Source of the DNA: Cenarchaeum sp.
GTDB taxonomy: Archaea > Thermoproteota > Nitrososphaeria > Nitrososphaerales > Nitrosopumilaceae
Length of the DNA: 64,000 nucleotides
Direction of reading: 5' to 3'
NCBI GenBank assembly: GCA_965206845.1
Contig: OZ242221.1
Location: 1,280,001-1,344,000, forward strand
A model generated the notes under the pieces. It had not been told where the DNA came from, made no database searches, and saw only the letters and a list, made by a program, of their open reading frames with translations. Shown piece after piece: positions 10,018 through 20,305 of the stretch. The stretch's first letter is position 1; each line of letters starts with the position of its first letter. The translations under genes were made by a program, and so were the position numbers.

Positions 10018-10303
10018 TTTTGTCATTGTGTCCGTGGCGCTTCTCGCAATCGGGATATATGGCCTGGCGGTAAAGCGAAACGCGCTGAGGATGCTCTTTG
10101 CGATAGAGATAGTGATCAACGCCGCAAACATCAACCTGGTGGCGTTTGCCAGGTTCCTGCCCCACAGCGGGGGCCAGACGCTGGCGCTCTTCTCCATTGC
10201 GATTGCCGCTGCCGAGGTGGCGGTGGGCCTGTCGCTTATCATAGTGGCGTATAGGATGTGGAAGAATGTTGACATTACCGAGTTTAGGAGCCTGAAGGGA
10301 TAA
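9998..10303 (+). CDS. nuoK: NADH-quinone oxidoreductase subunit K
   Basis: AIEIVINAANIN, AAAEVAVGL. Confidence 0.93.
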   Translation: MSNELIDFVIVSVALLAIGIYGLAVKRNALRMLFAIEIVINAANINLVAFARFLPHSGGQTLALFSIAIAAAEVAVGLSLIIVAYRMWKNVDITEFRSLKG

Positions 10304-11853
10304 TGGTATTTGAGCTACTGCAGGCAGTATTCCTGCCCCTGTTACTGTCACCAGTAGCGTACCTTCTGGGCAGGTACCGCGGGCCGGGAGCCGCCACCTG
10401 GTTTTCATTTGGCCTGCTGCTCTACTGCACCGTAATCATAGTACTGCCATCCCTTGACGGCCACCTGGAGGAGCACTACCCATGGACGGAGATGTTCGGC
10501 GAGTTTGGCTTCAACCTGGACGGCCTGGCACTGCCTTTTGCCATAATGATATACGTGCTGAGCGCGATCCTCGTGCTGTACTCAAAGCCCTACATGGTGC
10601 ACAAGTTCCGGGAGCAGTTTACCGAGCTGCGCGTGGAGGCAGGCTTGGGGCAGACTGCCGAGGTGGTGGATCGGGTAGCCCTTGAGAGGCACGTCAACGC
10701 CCAGTCGGGCATCTACTTTGCGCTATACCTGGTCTTTGCCATGGGCATGCTGGGCACCATCCTGTCTACTAACCTGATCCAGTTCTACGTCTTCTTTGAG
10801 GTGATGCTGATACCTGCCTTCTTCCTTGTGGCGTTCTGGGGCGACGGAAACCGCCGGAAGATCGCCCTGATGTTCTTCTTCTGGACCCATGTGGGCGCCG
10901 TGGTCCTGCTGCTGGGCTTTCTTATGATCGGCCTGACCATTGGGAGCTTTGACTTTGCAGACATCAACGAGGATGCGATTCCCAGTGACATACTGCTGCT
11001 CTCGGCGGTGGCCATTGCCATCGGCCTGGGGGTCAAGCTTGCGGCCTTTATGTTCCATATATGGCTGCCCTGGGTCCACGGTGCAGCGCCTACCCCAATC
11101 AGCGCCCTGCTTTCGCCTGTGATGATTGGCATAGGGGCGTACGGCATATTCCGCCTGATAATCGAGTTTCTGCCTTCTGCGTACGCAGACATGGCCATAT
11201 GGTTCCACGTCTGGGGCCTGGTCACGATGATCTACGGCGGGGCCATGGCCCTGATGCAAGACGACCTCAAGCGACTCTTTGCGTACTCGAGCATCAGCCA
11301 GATGGGGTACCTGCTCTTTGGAATCGGAACCTACTCCACACTGGGGCTGGCAGGCGCCGAGATGATGTACATAACGCACGCCCTGGGAAAGGGGCTCCTC
11401 TTCATGACCGCAGGCGTAATCATAGTGAAGGTGGGAACCAGGAGCATCTCAAAGCTGGGTGGCCTGGCAGGCAGGATGCCCATTACCGCCGTGTGCGCAG
11501 TCATCGGGGCGCTGACCATCATGGGCGTGCCTCCGACCAGCGGCTTTATGGGGGAGTGGATCCTGTTTTACGGCGCCCTGGAGACTGCCATCGAGGAGGG
11601 CTCGACCCTGAGGTTTGTCACCTTTGGCCTGGGGCTGGTGGCCACGGCGCTCACCATGTCATACATACTCTGGATGCTCAAACGCGTCTTCTTTGGCAAG
11701 ACGCCATCAAACCTCGCACATGTCAAGGACGGCAGCTGGTACATGCTGGCTCCTATGATGGTCCTGGCGGGATTCACCATAGTGCTTGGGATATACCCTG
11801 ACATCTTCCTTGAGGGAATCATTCCGTATATGAGCGGGGTGCTGGGGGCCTAG
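10303..11853 (+). CDS. nuoM: NADH-quinone oxidoreductase subunit M
   Basis: FYVFFEVMLIP, HIWLPWVHGAAP, AYSSISQMG. Confidence 0.92.
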   Translation: MVFELLQAVFLPLLLSPVAYLLGRYRGPGAATWFSFGLLLYCTVIIVLPSLDGHLEEHYPWTEMFGEFGFNLDGLALPFAIMIYVLSAILVLYSKPYMVHKFREQFTELRVEAGLGQTAEVVDRVALERHVNAQSGIYFALYLVFAMGMLGTILSTNLIQFYVFFEVMLIPAFFLVAFWGDGNRRKIALMFFFWTHVGAVVLLLGFLMIGLTIGSFDFADINEDAIPSDILLLSAVAIAIGLGVKLAAFMFHIWLPWVHGAAPTPISALLSPVMIGIGAYGIFRLIIEFLPSAYADMAIWFHVWGLVTMIYGGAMALMQDDLKRLFAYSSISQMGYLLFGIGTYSTLGLAGAEMMYITHALGKGLLFMTAGVIIVKVGTRSISKLGGLAGRMPITAVCAVIGALTIMGVPPTSGFMGEWILFYGALETAIEEGSTLRFVTFGLGLVATALTMSYILWMLKRVFFGKTPSNLAHVKDGSWYMLAPMMVLAGFTIVLGIYPDIFLEGIIPYMSGVLGA

Positions 11854-11856
11854 GCC

Positions 11857-13923
11857 ATGGCAGACATGATACTGGGTTTCGCGCCTGCGTCATTTGCGTG
11901 GCTGGTCTGGATACTTCCCTTCGCGGCGGCCCTGATAATACCTGCGGTCGGCAAGGCATCCAAGCACTCCACGGGGTACGTTGCCGTGGGCTTTGCACTT
12001 ATGAGCGCAATCTCGGCTGCGCTGCTCCTGCCCGTTGCGCTGGATGCAGGCGAGGTACACGATCAGATCATGTGGATCGAGGCCATTGGACTCAAGGCCG
12101 GCGTCCTGGCGGATCCACTGGCCGTCATCATGGCAAACGTTGTGGGCTGGATATCGTTCCTCATAATGGTGTACAGCACCGGATACATGAAGGGCGACCG
12201 CGACATAGTGAGGTTCTGGTTCTGGATGATGTTCTTCATAGGATCAATGCAGCTCATCGTGCTCTCTGACAACCTGCTTCAGGTCTTCTTTGGATGGGAG
12301 GGAGTGGGGCTGGCGTCGTACGCGCTGATCAGCTTTTGGTATCGCGACAAGAAGAAGGATCACGTGGGCCAGGAGGGCCGCACGACCCTGGGCCTGCTGG
12401 ACTACTACTCCCCCACCCACGCCGGCATGAAGGCGTTCATCATGACCAAGATCGGCGACGTGATGATGCTGGCAGGCATGTTCCTCATCTTCTTCTATGC
12501 GGGAACCTTTGGATTCCGCGAGCTGATGACAGACACCGCATGGGCAGTCACGATGTCTGCCGAGGGATTCCTGATACCTGCCGCCGTCCTGCTCTTTGGA
12601 GGCGCCATAGGCAAGTCGGCCCAGTTCCCGCTCAACGAGTGGCTGCTGGAGGCCATGACCGGCCCCACGGCAGTCTCTGCGCTCATCCACGCGGCAACCA
12701 TGGTCAAGGCGGGCGTCTTCCTAGTTGCCAGGTTGGGACCGCTCTTCTTTGCGCTGGGAGCCGCCGGAATCCTTGCGGATCAGTTCTTTGAGATCGTGGC
12801 TTGGGTCGGCGCCATCACGGCGTTGCTGCTAGCATCCCAGGCCTTGGTGAACCCGGAGATCAAGAAGGTCCTGGCCTACTCAACGGGCTCCCAGATCGGC
12901 TACATGATGATGGCGCTGGGAATCGCCGGGCTCTCGGACCAGTTCGTCGACGGGTACACTGCGGGCTTCTTCCACCTAATATCCCACGCAATGTTCAAGG
13001 CATCACTCTTTATGGCCGCCGGCTCGCTTCTGCATGTGGTTGGATCCAGGTTCATGACCGACATGGGGGCCCTGCGCAAGCACATGAAGAAGACGTTCAT
13101 CTTCATGTGGGCGGCCGGCCTTGGACTGATGGGCGCGCCGTTCATCACCACTGGCTTTTGGAGCAAGGATGCGGTCTTTGCCGCGGTGTACGAGTCCTCA
13201 AGCGAATGGGCCCTGCCGCTCTTTGCGATCGCGGTGATCACCGCGGTGATTACGGCATTCTACACCACCCGGATGATGGGCATGGTCTTCTTTGGACCCA
13301 AGAGCAACCACGTCAAGAAGATGGAGTCAGAGGGCCACCACATCCACGAGGCGCCGATGTCCATGTGGATACCCTACGGAATACTGGCTGTCATGACGAT
13401 AGGGGTGGGTGTCATGGGACTGGCCTTTGAGGGCGAACTGCACCACCTCTTTACCGAGTACCTGGATCACTCCTTTGGCATTCACACAGAGCATGCCATC
13501 GCAGGAGAGGAGCTGGGCGGATTCCTTGCGGGCGTCAACCCGACCGCGCTGACGGCGTCCCTGGCCGCCTTTGCCATAGGCATAATCCTGGGGTACGTGT
13601 TCTACATAGGTAGGTTCGTTGATGCCGGCAGGTTCGTAAACTCCAACATATTCTTCTACTCGATCCACAAGTTTCTGCTGAACAGGTGGTACCTCAACGC
13701 CATGGTCTACTGGTGCTTTGTCGTGGCGCCGCTCTGGGTTGCCCGCGGCGTCTTCCGCTACTTTGAGCGGACCACCATCGACTATGGCATGAACACGGGC
13801 CTGGAGAAGGCGGTGGGCTGGGGTGCCAAGGTGGTGCATGGAACGCAGACTGGCATCGTACAGTCGTATCTATTCGTATTTGGGGCGGGGCTGCTCTTCG
13901 TAGTCCTGATACTGCTGATATAG
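11857..13923 (+). CDS. nuoL: NADH-quinone oxidoreductase subunit L
   Basis: GKSAQFPL..WL.EAMTGPTAVSALIHAATMVKAG. Confidence 0.95.
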   Translation: MADMILGFAPASFAWLVWILPFAAALIIPAVGKASKHSTGYVAVGFALMSAISAALLLPVALDAGEVHDQIMWIEAIGLKAGVLADPLAVIMANVVGWISFLIMVYSTGYMKGDRDIVRFWFWMMFFIGSMQLIVLSDNLLQVFFGWEGVGLASYALISFWYRDKKKDHVGQEGRTTLGLLDYYSPTHAGMKAFIMTKIGDVMMLAGMFLIFFYAGTFGFRELMTDTAWAVTMSAEGFLIPAAVLLFGGAIGKSAQFPLNEWLLEAMTGPTAVSALIHAATMVKAGVFLVARLGPLFFALGAAGILADQFFEIVAWVGAITALLLASQALVNPEIKKVLAYSTGSQIGYMMMALGIAGLSDQFVDGYTAGFFHLISHAMFKASLFMAAGSLLHVVGSRFMTDMGALRKHMKKTFIFMWAAGLGLMGAPFITTGFWSKDAVFAAVYESSSEWALPLFAIAVITAVITAFYTTRMMGMVFFGPKSNHVKKMESEGHHIHEAPMSMWIPYGILAVMTIGVGVMGLAFEGELHHLFTEYLDHSFGIHTEHAIAGEELGGFLAGVNPTALTASLAAFAIGIILGYVFYIGRFVDAGRFVNSNIFFYSIHKFLLNRWYLNAMVYWCFVVAPLWVARGVFRYFERTTIDYGMNTGLEKAVGWGAKVVHGTQTGIVQSYLFVFGAGLLFVVLILLI

Positions 13924-13933
13924 GTGATATGGT

Positions 13934-15415
13934 ATGATGGGACTTGACTCGACTCCGATTATAATAATCGCAATGCTGGGATCCATCGGCGTGATTCTGC
14001 CTGTGATAAGCATCGTGAGAAAGGAGGGGGGATCCAACTCGTTCTACGGCGCCATCGCCTTTGGCGCGCTGCTCGCCGCCGTGGCATTTGTGCTGTACCA
14101 GTTCGTCTCTGGAGCCGCCGCCCCTGCGGTGCTCTTCTCAGAGGATGTGCTGGCAGACGACGCCTTTGGCGGATTCTTTGCCATTGCGATGCTCATAGTC
14201 GCCATAATGACGACGGTGGGCTCGTTCAACTACATGCGAAAGCAGAAGGACACCGCGGTGTACTACTCGCTGATCCTGCTCTCCGCAATCGGCATGGTGC
14301 TGGTGGCGTACTCTACCGATCTTGTGATGCTCTTTGTCGCCTGGGAGCTGATGAGCATTCCCACATACATCCTGGCGGGATACATGAAGAAGGATCCCAG
14401 CTCCAACGAGGCGGCGCTCAAGTACTTTCTGTTTGGCGCCCTGTCGTCTGCAATCATAGTGTACGGAATATCCATGGCCTACGGGCTGACAGGCTCCACC
14501 AACATCGGGGAGGTGATCCAGGGAATGGCAAACCTGGACGAGTCCATGGCGCTGCTGGGGCTGCTGACCGTGGGGCTGTTCATCACCGGGTTCGGGTTCA
14601 AGATGGGCCTTGTCCCCTTCCACATGTGGCTACCTGACACATACGAGGGTGCGCCGCCGCCGATCACCGCGCTGCTGGCAGCCGCCACCAAGAAGGCGGG
14701 ATTTGCCGCTGCGATACGCGTCGTGGTGCTGGGCACCGCCGCGCTGCACCTGGACTGGACGCTGGCCCTGGGGGTCATTGCCGTGATGACCATGACCGTT
14801 GGCAACATAGCTGCCATAATGCAGAAGAACCTCTCGAGGATGCTGGCGTACTCCAGCATCGGCCATGCGGGGTACATACTTATCGGACTTGCGGTGGCGC
14901 CATTCTCGTCTACCGGCATGTCAGGCTCGCTCTTCCACATAATGAACCACGCCGTAATGAAGGGGGCGGCGTTTATCGCCATCGCGGGAATAGTCACCAC
15001 ACTGGCAGTCACACATCTGGACAAGCTCAAGGGACTTGGAAGGAGGATGCCCATCACCTCTGTCGGCCTGGTGATATCGCTTCTGGCGCTGGCGGGCGTT
15101 CCGCCACTGAACGGATTCTGGAGCAAGCTTGTGCTGTTTGGCTCGGCGCTGGATGCAGGAACCGTGGTCTGGTGGGGCCCGTGGCTTGCCATAGCCGGAG
15201 TCCTCAACAGCGCCCTGTCACTGGCGTACTACGGCTGGATCATACGCAAGATGTACTTTGAGGGCGAGACGGAGAAGCGGGTCTCAGAACCCCGGTCCGT
15301 GATCGCCGTGATGGTATTCTCGATCATATTCATCGTGGGCTTTGGCGTGTATCCGGATCCGCTGATACAGTTTGCAGGGAGCGCGGCACCCGCACTGTCC
15401 AGCTTTGTCCCCTAG
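13934..15415 (+). CDS. nuoN: NADH-quinone oxidoreductase subunit N
   Basis: EAALKYFLFG, FKMGLVPFHMWLPDTYEGAP. Confidence 0.95.
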   Translation: MMGLDSTPIIIIAMLGSIGVILPVISIVRKEGGSNSFYGAIAFGALLAAVAFVLYQFVSGAAAPAVLFSEDVLADDAFGGFFAIAMLIVAIMTTVGSFNYMRKQKDTAVYYSLILLSAIGMVLVAYSTDLVMLFVAWELMSIPTYILAGYMKKDPSSNEAALKYFLFGALSSAIIVYGISMAYGLTGSTNIGEVIQGMANLDESMALLGLLTVGLFITGFGFKMGLVPFHMWLPDTYEGAPPPITALLAAATKKAGFAAAIRVVVLGTAALHLDWTLALGVIAVMTMTVGNIAAIMQKNLSRMLAYSSIGHAGYILIGLAVAPFSSTGMSGSLFHIMNHAVMKGAAFIAIAGIVTTLAVTHLDKLKGLGRRMPITSVGLVISLLALAGVPPLNGFWSKLVLFGSALDAGTVVWWGPWLAIAGVLNSALSLAYYGWIIRKMYFEGETEKRVSEPRSVIAVMVFSIIFIVGFGVYPDPLIQFAGSAAPALSSFVP

Positions 15416-15545
15416 GCTTGCGGCGGCATAACTCTTGCCGGGTTTGCATGATCGACGAACTCCCCCTGTGCCGTCCGGCTCCATCCCTGCGCGGTACGAC
15501 GGCGCCCACAGGTAAAACGGTAGTGCCGGACTGACGTAAAAGGGG

Positions 15546-16397
15546 CTACTCTTTAAAACTGGTGAACCGGATGAGCTGATCCAGCAGCCCCTTGGGCCTG
15601 CTGTCGGGAAGGCTTACCAGCGCGCCCCGGGCCCTTTGGGCATACCTCTTGAGCATCTCCTCCATCTTGTCAAAGACGACTCTGGGATCGTGGCTCTTCT
15701 TTATGAGCAGGTTGAAGAGCTTGTCCTCGTTCTTCCAGTCCAGGAGGTCATCCCTTATCTGGTATGCAATCCCGATGTTCCTGCCGTACTCGGTGAGCAC
15801 CTTTATCTGGGCCTCCGAGCCGCAGCCGATGACCGCCCCTATCCTTGCCGACGCCTCAAAGGCGGTGGCCGTCTTGTACTCGATCACCTTGAGATAGTCA
15901 TCAAATGTGACATCCTCTGTGACCTCCAGCCTGGACTCTATCATCTCGCCCTCGCTCATGAGCATTGCGGTGGTGGCCAGATCCTTGGTAATTCGCGGGT
16001 TGTTCAGCTTGGACGATATGTTGAGGATGAGCCCCAGGACAAAGTCGCCGGTCAGGATGCTCGTGTTGTACCCATACTTGATGTGGAACGGCTCCTTGTG
16101 CCGGCGGGAGGTCTCGTCGTCTATTATGTCATCGTGAATCACGGACTCGGTATGTAGAAACTCCACGGCGCACGAGGCGGCATACGTGTCCTCGTTGACC
16201 GTTCCCACCGTCTCGGCAGCCAGCACCAGTATGACCGGCCTGATCCTCTTTCCGCCCCGGATCGAGTACTTGAGCGGCTCGATGAACTCGGATCTGCTGT
16301 AAAGGTTCAACTCCGAATCGATGGCCTGCTCGATCTTGCCGATGTACCCGTTGTACGTCTTCAGCAGAGGGTTGCCATTGAGATTTTTTCTGTCCAC
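15546..16397 (-). CDS. Polyprenyl (geranylgeranyl) diphosphate synthase
   Basis: GGKRIRP, HDDIIDDETSRR, YQIRDDLLD; GTG 16397 chosen because the longer ORF overlaps a tRNA. Confidence 0.9.
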   Translation of the reverse strand: MDRKNLNGNPLLKTYNGYIGKIEQAIDSELNLYSRSEFIEPLKYSIRGGKRIRPVILVLAAETVGTVNEDTYAASCAVEFLHTESVIHDDIIDDETSRRHKEPFHIKYGYNTSILTGDFVLGLILNISSKLNNPRITKDLATTAMLMSEGEMIESRLEVTEDVTFDDYLKVIEYKTATAFEASARIGAVIGCGSEAQIKVLTEYGRNIGIAYQIRDDLLDWKNEDKLFNLLIKKSHDPRVVFDKMEEMLKRYAQRARGALVSLPDSRPKGLLDQLIRFTSFKE

Positions 16398-16442
16398 ACT
16401 AAACCCTCTCTCTAGGGTGCCCTGAGTTTTATAATTAAACCT

Positions 16443-16537
16443 TGGTGCTCCAGTCGGGACTTTCATCTTGTCGATTTTGAACCCGAGATCACTGCCTTGA
16501 AAGGGCAGTATGCTTGACCGGTCTACACCACTGGAGC
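16443..16537 (-). tRNA. tRNA-Glu(TTC) with 16-nt non-canonical intron at 59/60 and encoded CCA
   Basis: GCTCCAG/CTGGAGC acceptor stem, anticodon arm CTGCC-CTTTCAA-GGCAG, BHB motif in the T-loop (intron 16460-16475). Confidence 0.92.
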
Positions 16538-16823
16538 CCAGCTGGGTCACATGGCGTTTCCATAAAACCCTTTGGTAACATACTTTTGCAGCTTCGCTCC
16601 ATTGCGGTCTGGCTCGCGGTGCTCCGCGCTGCACGCAGCAGTACGCAGTCCCGAGTCATGGTATGCAGGGAACATTCTGCGGGTGGCGCTTCCTTGCTGG
16701 CGCATACTACGCGCAGTTATCCCAGGCATCGATCCGGAGATCTGTGTCTGGAATGGCGTGTCTCCGTAGCGCACACCTTTCCCTTGCACAAGATTTTTTA
16801 CCGCCCTGTCGGGCATACAACTC

Positions 16824-17450
16824 ATGAACTCCACCATAAGGAAGATAGATGAGATAATCGAGGAGAAGAGCCTGCTCAAGCACAGGTTCTACCAGATGTG
16901 GTCTGCCGGGGAGCTCACAAAGGAGTCCCTCGCTGGATACTCTAGGGAGTACTTTCAGCTGGTAAAGGCGGTTCCGTCCTTTATGACGCCCATAATCGAG
17001 CGGGCGCCGGCAGAGGAGATCGACGAGCTAGTGGCAAACCAGCTGGAGGAGCAGGAGCACATTGAGCCATGGGGCAGGTTTGCGGCATCCCTGGATGTGA
17101 CAGACCTGGATCACTACCAAGGCCTGCCAAAGACGCGACAGGCAGTCGAAGAGTTGTCTGCCCTGATGGGTGACTACGAGGGCGGCTCGTGCGCAATGTA
17201 CGCGCTGGAGAAGGAGATTCCCAAGATAAGCCATACGAAACTGGACGGACTGGCTGAATTCTATGGAATCACGGACAGCGGTGCCACAGAATACTTTGAG
17301 CTCCACGCCACGGCAGACATCAGGCATGCCGCCTCATGGCGGCAAATACTGGCCAGATCCACAGAATCCGACCACCTGATTGAGATTGCCACAAAGTCGA
17401 TGGCCGCACAGAACCTTCTGCTTGATAGCTGCTACGAGGCATACTGCTGA
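16824..17450 (+). CDS. Heme-oxygenase-like diiron protein, CADD/PqqC/TenA superfamily (CADD-like)
   Basis: LLKHRFYQMWSAGELTKE..., EEQEH, YALEKEIP.IS.TK, YFELHATADIRH. Confidence 0.8.
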   Translation: MNSTIRKIDEIIEEKSLLKHRFYQMWSAGELTKESLAGYSREYFQLVKAVPSFMTPIIERAPAEEIDELVANQLEEQEHIEPWGRFAASLDVTDLDHYQGLPKTRQAVEELSALMGDYEGGSCAMYALEKEIPKISHTKLDGLAEFYGITDSGATEYFELHATADIRHAASWRQILARSTESDHLIEIATKSMAAQNLLLDSCYEAYC

Positions 17451-17612
17451 TACTGCATCAACAGGGAAACGACCCGTTTGTTTTAATCCAAAAAATCAGT
17501 GTGGGATCCTGACAGCTGCGCCGGATCAGGCGTGACGGCTCTTTTGGATGGGCATGCCTGGGCGAATGGGGAACCGCAGCATCATGCGCATGGCGCGCCA
17601 TGCATGGTTCCG

Positions 17613-17948
17613 TCATGACTCGTTCTCGTCATGTCCTACCACATGCTCCTGGCAAAAGTACGCGTCGTTCATGCCACAATAGTACAGTGACGCATCCCCG
17701 CACATGCTGCAGCGCGGCTTTGGATCCTCTGGAGACAGCTTGGTGTGTATTATTCTGCTCCTCGGGGCCACGCCGCTCCGGTAGGTTCCTGCCATCCTTG
17801 CAACATATGCCGCCTCGTCTGGGCTGAGCTGGATCCCGCGATCCATCTTCTTTGCAAGCTTTGCCCACCTCTTGTACTCGCCCACCCGGGCAAGCTTCAT
17901 CCGTTCGATCAGATCCCGCGTGGCCTGGTGGTCTGCATGTGGCGGCAT
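17613..17948 (-). CDS. Small hypothetical protein with C-terminal B-box-like zinc finger
   Basis: CSMC....YYC...DAYFCQEH...H. Confidence 0.6.
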   Translation of the reverse strand: MPPHADHQATRDLIERMKLARVGEYKRWAKLAKKMDRGIQLSPDEAAYVARMAGTYRSGVAPRSRIIHTKLSPEDPKPRCSMCGDASLYYCGMNDAYFCQEHVVGHDENES

Positions 17949-17953
17949 CCGGG

Positions 17954-18949
17954 TCACGCCCCTACCGTGGCCTTTAGCTCGTAGGGCGGCCATGTGGCGT
18001 AGATTCCGGCAATCTCCTGCATGTCATCCTCGGGAATGTACCTGCCGTCAGACATCGCGGCAAAGCTTGCAATCTCCTCCTCGCTTACCATGGTGGGGAG
18101 AACCGATGCCATGCCCCTTTTGGATAGGATGAACTTTATTGCAAGCTCGGTGATACTTAGGCCGTTTCTGCGCGCAATGGGCCGCAGCTGCTCTACCTTG
18201 CGCAGTGATGCCCGTACCCACTGGCCCTTCCTGACCGAGCGGTGATCCTTGCTGTCGATCTTGGTGTCTGCCGTGACCTTTCCCGTGAGGATTCCAGATG
18301 CGTCAGGCACGCGCACCAGGACTCCTACGTCCCTTCTTGCGGCCTCCTCTAGAAGCTCGTTTCCCGGGGTCTGCTCCAGTATGTTGTATACCGTCTGCAC
18401 GGCGCTGACGTTTGGCCGGTTCATGGCAGCCAGGCCCTCCGCGGTCCACCCTATGGCGGGGCCCAGAGCCACCTGGAACGCCTTGGCCTTGCTCCTCTTG
18501 GCAATCCCGTCCAGGGTGTCAAATATGGAGTCGTCCGTTATGTGGTTCATCTTTGGATTGTGCAGGCCGTACACGTCGACGTACGTCGTCTGCAGCCGCT
18601 CCAGGCTTGCTTCCAGCGCCCTCTCCGTGAATCCGGCATCAAACCTCTGGGGAAGCTCGCTGTGCCCTACCTGCTGTACCCCGGAAAAGTCATAGCCGTA
18701 CTTTGTTGATATGACTATCTCGTCCCTCATGCCGGCAAAGGCCTCGCCTATCAGCCTCTCGCTCTTTCCCCTGCCGTACATGTCGCCGGTCTCAAAGAAG
18801 TTGATTCCCACGTCATAGGCCTTCTTGAGCATGCGCCGCGCCTCCGCCTCGTCTATGCTCCTGCCCCACCAGTCAAGGGCAATGGTCCACGCGCCAAAAC
18901 CGATCTCAGACACCCGGATGTCACTCTTTCCGAGCCTGTTGTACCTCAA
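17954..18949 (-). CDS. Aldo/keto reductase
   Basis: RLGKSDIRVSEIGFG, GINFFETGDMYG.GKSE, SLERLQTTYVDVY.LH; TTG start overlaps the upstream stop. Confidence 0.9.
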   Translation of the reverse strand: MRYNRLGKSDIRVSEIGFGAWTIALDWWGRSIDEAEARRMLKKAYDVGINFFETGDMYGRGKSERLIGEAFAGMRDEIVISTKYGYDFSGVQQVGHSELPQRFDAGFTERALEASLERLQTTYVDVYGLHNPKMNHITDDSIFDTLDGIAKRSKAKAFQVALGPAIGWTAEGLAAMNRPNVSAVQTVYNILEQTPGNELLEEAARRDVGVLVRVPDASGILTGKVTADTKIDSKDHRSVRKGQWVRASLRKVEQLRPIARRNGLSITELAIKFILSKRGMASVLPTMVSEEEIASFAAMSDGRYIPEDDMQEIAGIYATWPPYELKATVGA

Positions 18950-19491
18950 CCCATCACGCTCCTGAACGTGTCCAGCCTGGATGCCATCTGTGACTCGTCC
19001 AGCACGGGCGTGCCATCCACGGCTGCGGCATCCGCATCTATCCAGGATCGGCAGCCCCGGTATGCGGGAATCATGGGTATCTCGACTGCCGGTATGCGGT
19101 ATACCCTGAGGAGCAGCGCCCTGAGGGGCTTCTCTGGCATCCAGCCCCTCCGTTCCCCTATGTAGGAGTCGCTCCATATGTGGAGGCCTGACAGCCCTGA
19201 TATGTCACAGTCCCCGGCGGCATCAAGCTCTGCCACCACATCTGCATATGACGTGATCCTGTTGAAGCCCTCCCGTGGAGCGCCTGATTCTGCACCGTCC
19301 AGGTGGTGCAGGAACCGGGGTTTGATGTGCCTTTGATCCTGATGCTCCCACGTGGGAAAGAGGAGAAACCTGTCGGACTCGGTCCGAAAGCCCGATGCCG
19401 TCTCCATGATGCCGCCCTTGCGGAGTATGACACACTGGTCTCCTGATTCAAGGGCCACTACGACAGCGGCCCACTCCTTTAGGGATTTCAC
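18946..19491 (-). CDS. DUF1802 family protein
   Basis: LKEWAAVV.AL..G.Q..ILRKGGI, FLLFPTWEHQ, YRGCRSW. Confidence 0.85.
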   Translation of the reverse strand: MKSLKEWAAVVVALESGDQCVILRKGGIMETASGFRTESDRFLLFPTWEHQDQRHIKPRFLHHLDGAESGAPREGFNRITSYADVVAELDAAGDCDISGLSGLHIWSDSYIGERRGWMPEKPLRALLLRVYRIPAVEIPMIPAYRGCRSWIDADAAAVDGTPVLDESQMASRLDTFRSVMG

Positions 19492-19492
19492 G

Positions 19493-20164
19493 CTAACCCA
19501 AGCTGGCAATCAGGGGAATAATATCCTTTTTAGCTCCCACGATCATGGGCGTGTCCTGCTGGACGTATCTGGAGACCTGCGTCTGCCTCATCTCCATGAT
19601 CAGGTTCTGAAAGTCCAGTAGGTTGTCGCACTCAAAGGCCAGCATAAAGTCCTGGTCGTGAATGCCAAACGAGTACGTCGTGTTCAGAACCACCTGCGGG
19701 TACTTTTGGCTCACACCGATGTGCTCGTCCATCATCTTGCGCCTCAGGGACTCGTCCAGTAGGTACCACTCCCGGGTCTTGACAAACGGGTACACGATTA
19801 TGTATTTTTTCGTATCGGCCCCGCTCACAAACGCGGCGGTCGTGCCCTTTTTTGCGTACATCGACGGCCTGGTGCACGAGAGGTATGTCCTTGATGGAGC
19901 GATGTACTTGCCAAAGACCGTCAGGTACAGCTTTGATATGACATCCTGGATCTCCGTTACGTCATTGGAGCAGAACCAGAATAGGAACTCGGCGTCGTCC
20001 CGGATGCCCAGCGTCGAGTATGATCTGAACTTGATCCCGGAGTTGCGTATTACATTGTCCACCTCCCGGGCGGACTCCTCCTTTGCCAGGTCTGCCATCC
20101 ATCTCCACTTGGGATCTATGCGGAAGAACGCAAAGTCAAAGTAGTACGTGTCGTCCTCGGACAT
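19493..20164 (-). CDS. Chlorite dismutase/coproheme decarboxylase-like heme protein
   Basis: YPFVKTREWYLL...RRKMMDEH, TTYSFGIHDQDFMLAFE. Confidence 0.88.
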   Translation of the reverse strand: MSEDDTYYFDFAFFRIDPKWRWMADLAKEESAREVDNVIRNSGIKFRSYSTLGIRDDAEFLFWFCSNDVTEIQDVISKLYLTVFGKYIAPSRTYLSCTRPSMYAKKGTTAAFVSGADTKKYIIVYPFVKTREWYLLDESLRRKMMDEHIGVSQKYPQVVLNTTYSFGIHDQDFMLAFECDNLLDFQNLIMEMRQTQVSRYVQQDTPMIVGAKKDIIPLIASLG

Positions 20165-20305
20165 GACGCGCATTCGCCGATGCCCTATTTAAGGGAAATT
20201 ATATACTGCCATTCCCCAAGAAACTGCGAATGGGCAAAAAGACGGTGGCCCCGATCCCCGGCAAGCGGCTAGGATCGGCCTGCGAGGCGCAAGGGATCGC
20301 GCGGC

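Noticed and set aside
5125-15415. Missing nuoEFG as a novelty
   Set aside because: An 11-subunit complex I without the NADH input module is the known state in ammonia-oxidising archaea.
16398-16634. N-terminal extension of the prenyl synthase ORF
   Set aside because: Runs through tRNA-Glu; not protein-like.
17500-17515. TGTGGGATCC matches to the IS481 end (also ~59717)
   Set aside because: Only ~10 bp, with no partner end or transposase relic recognised.
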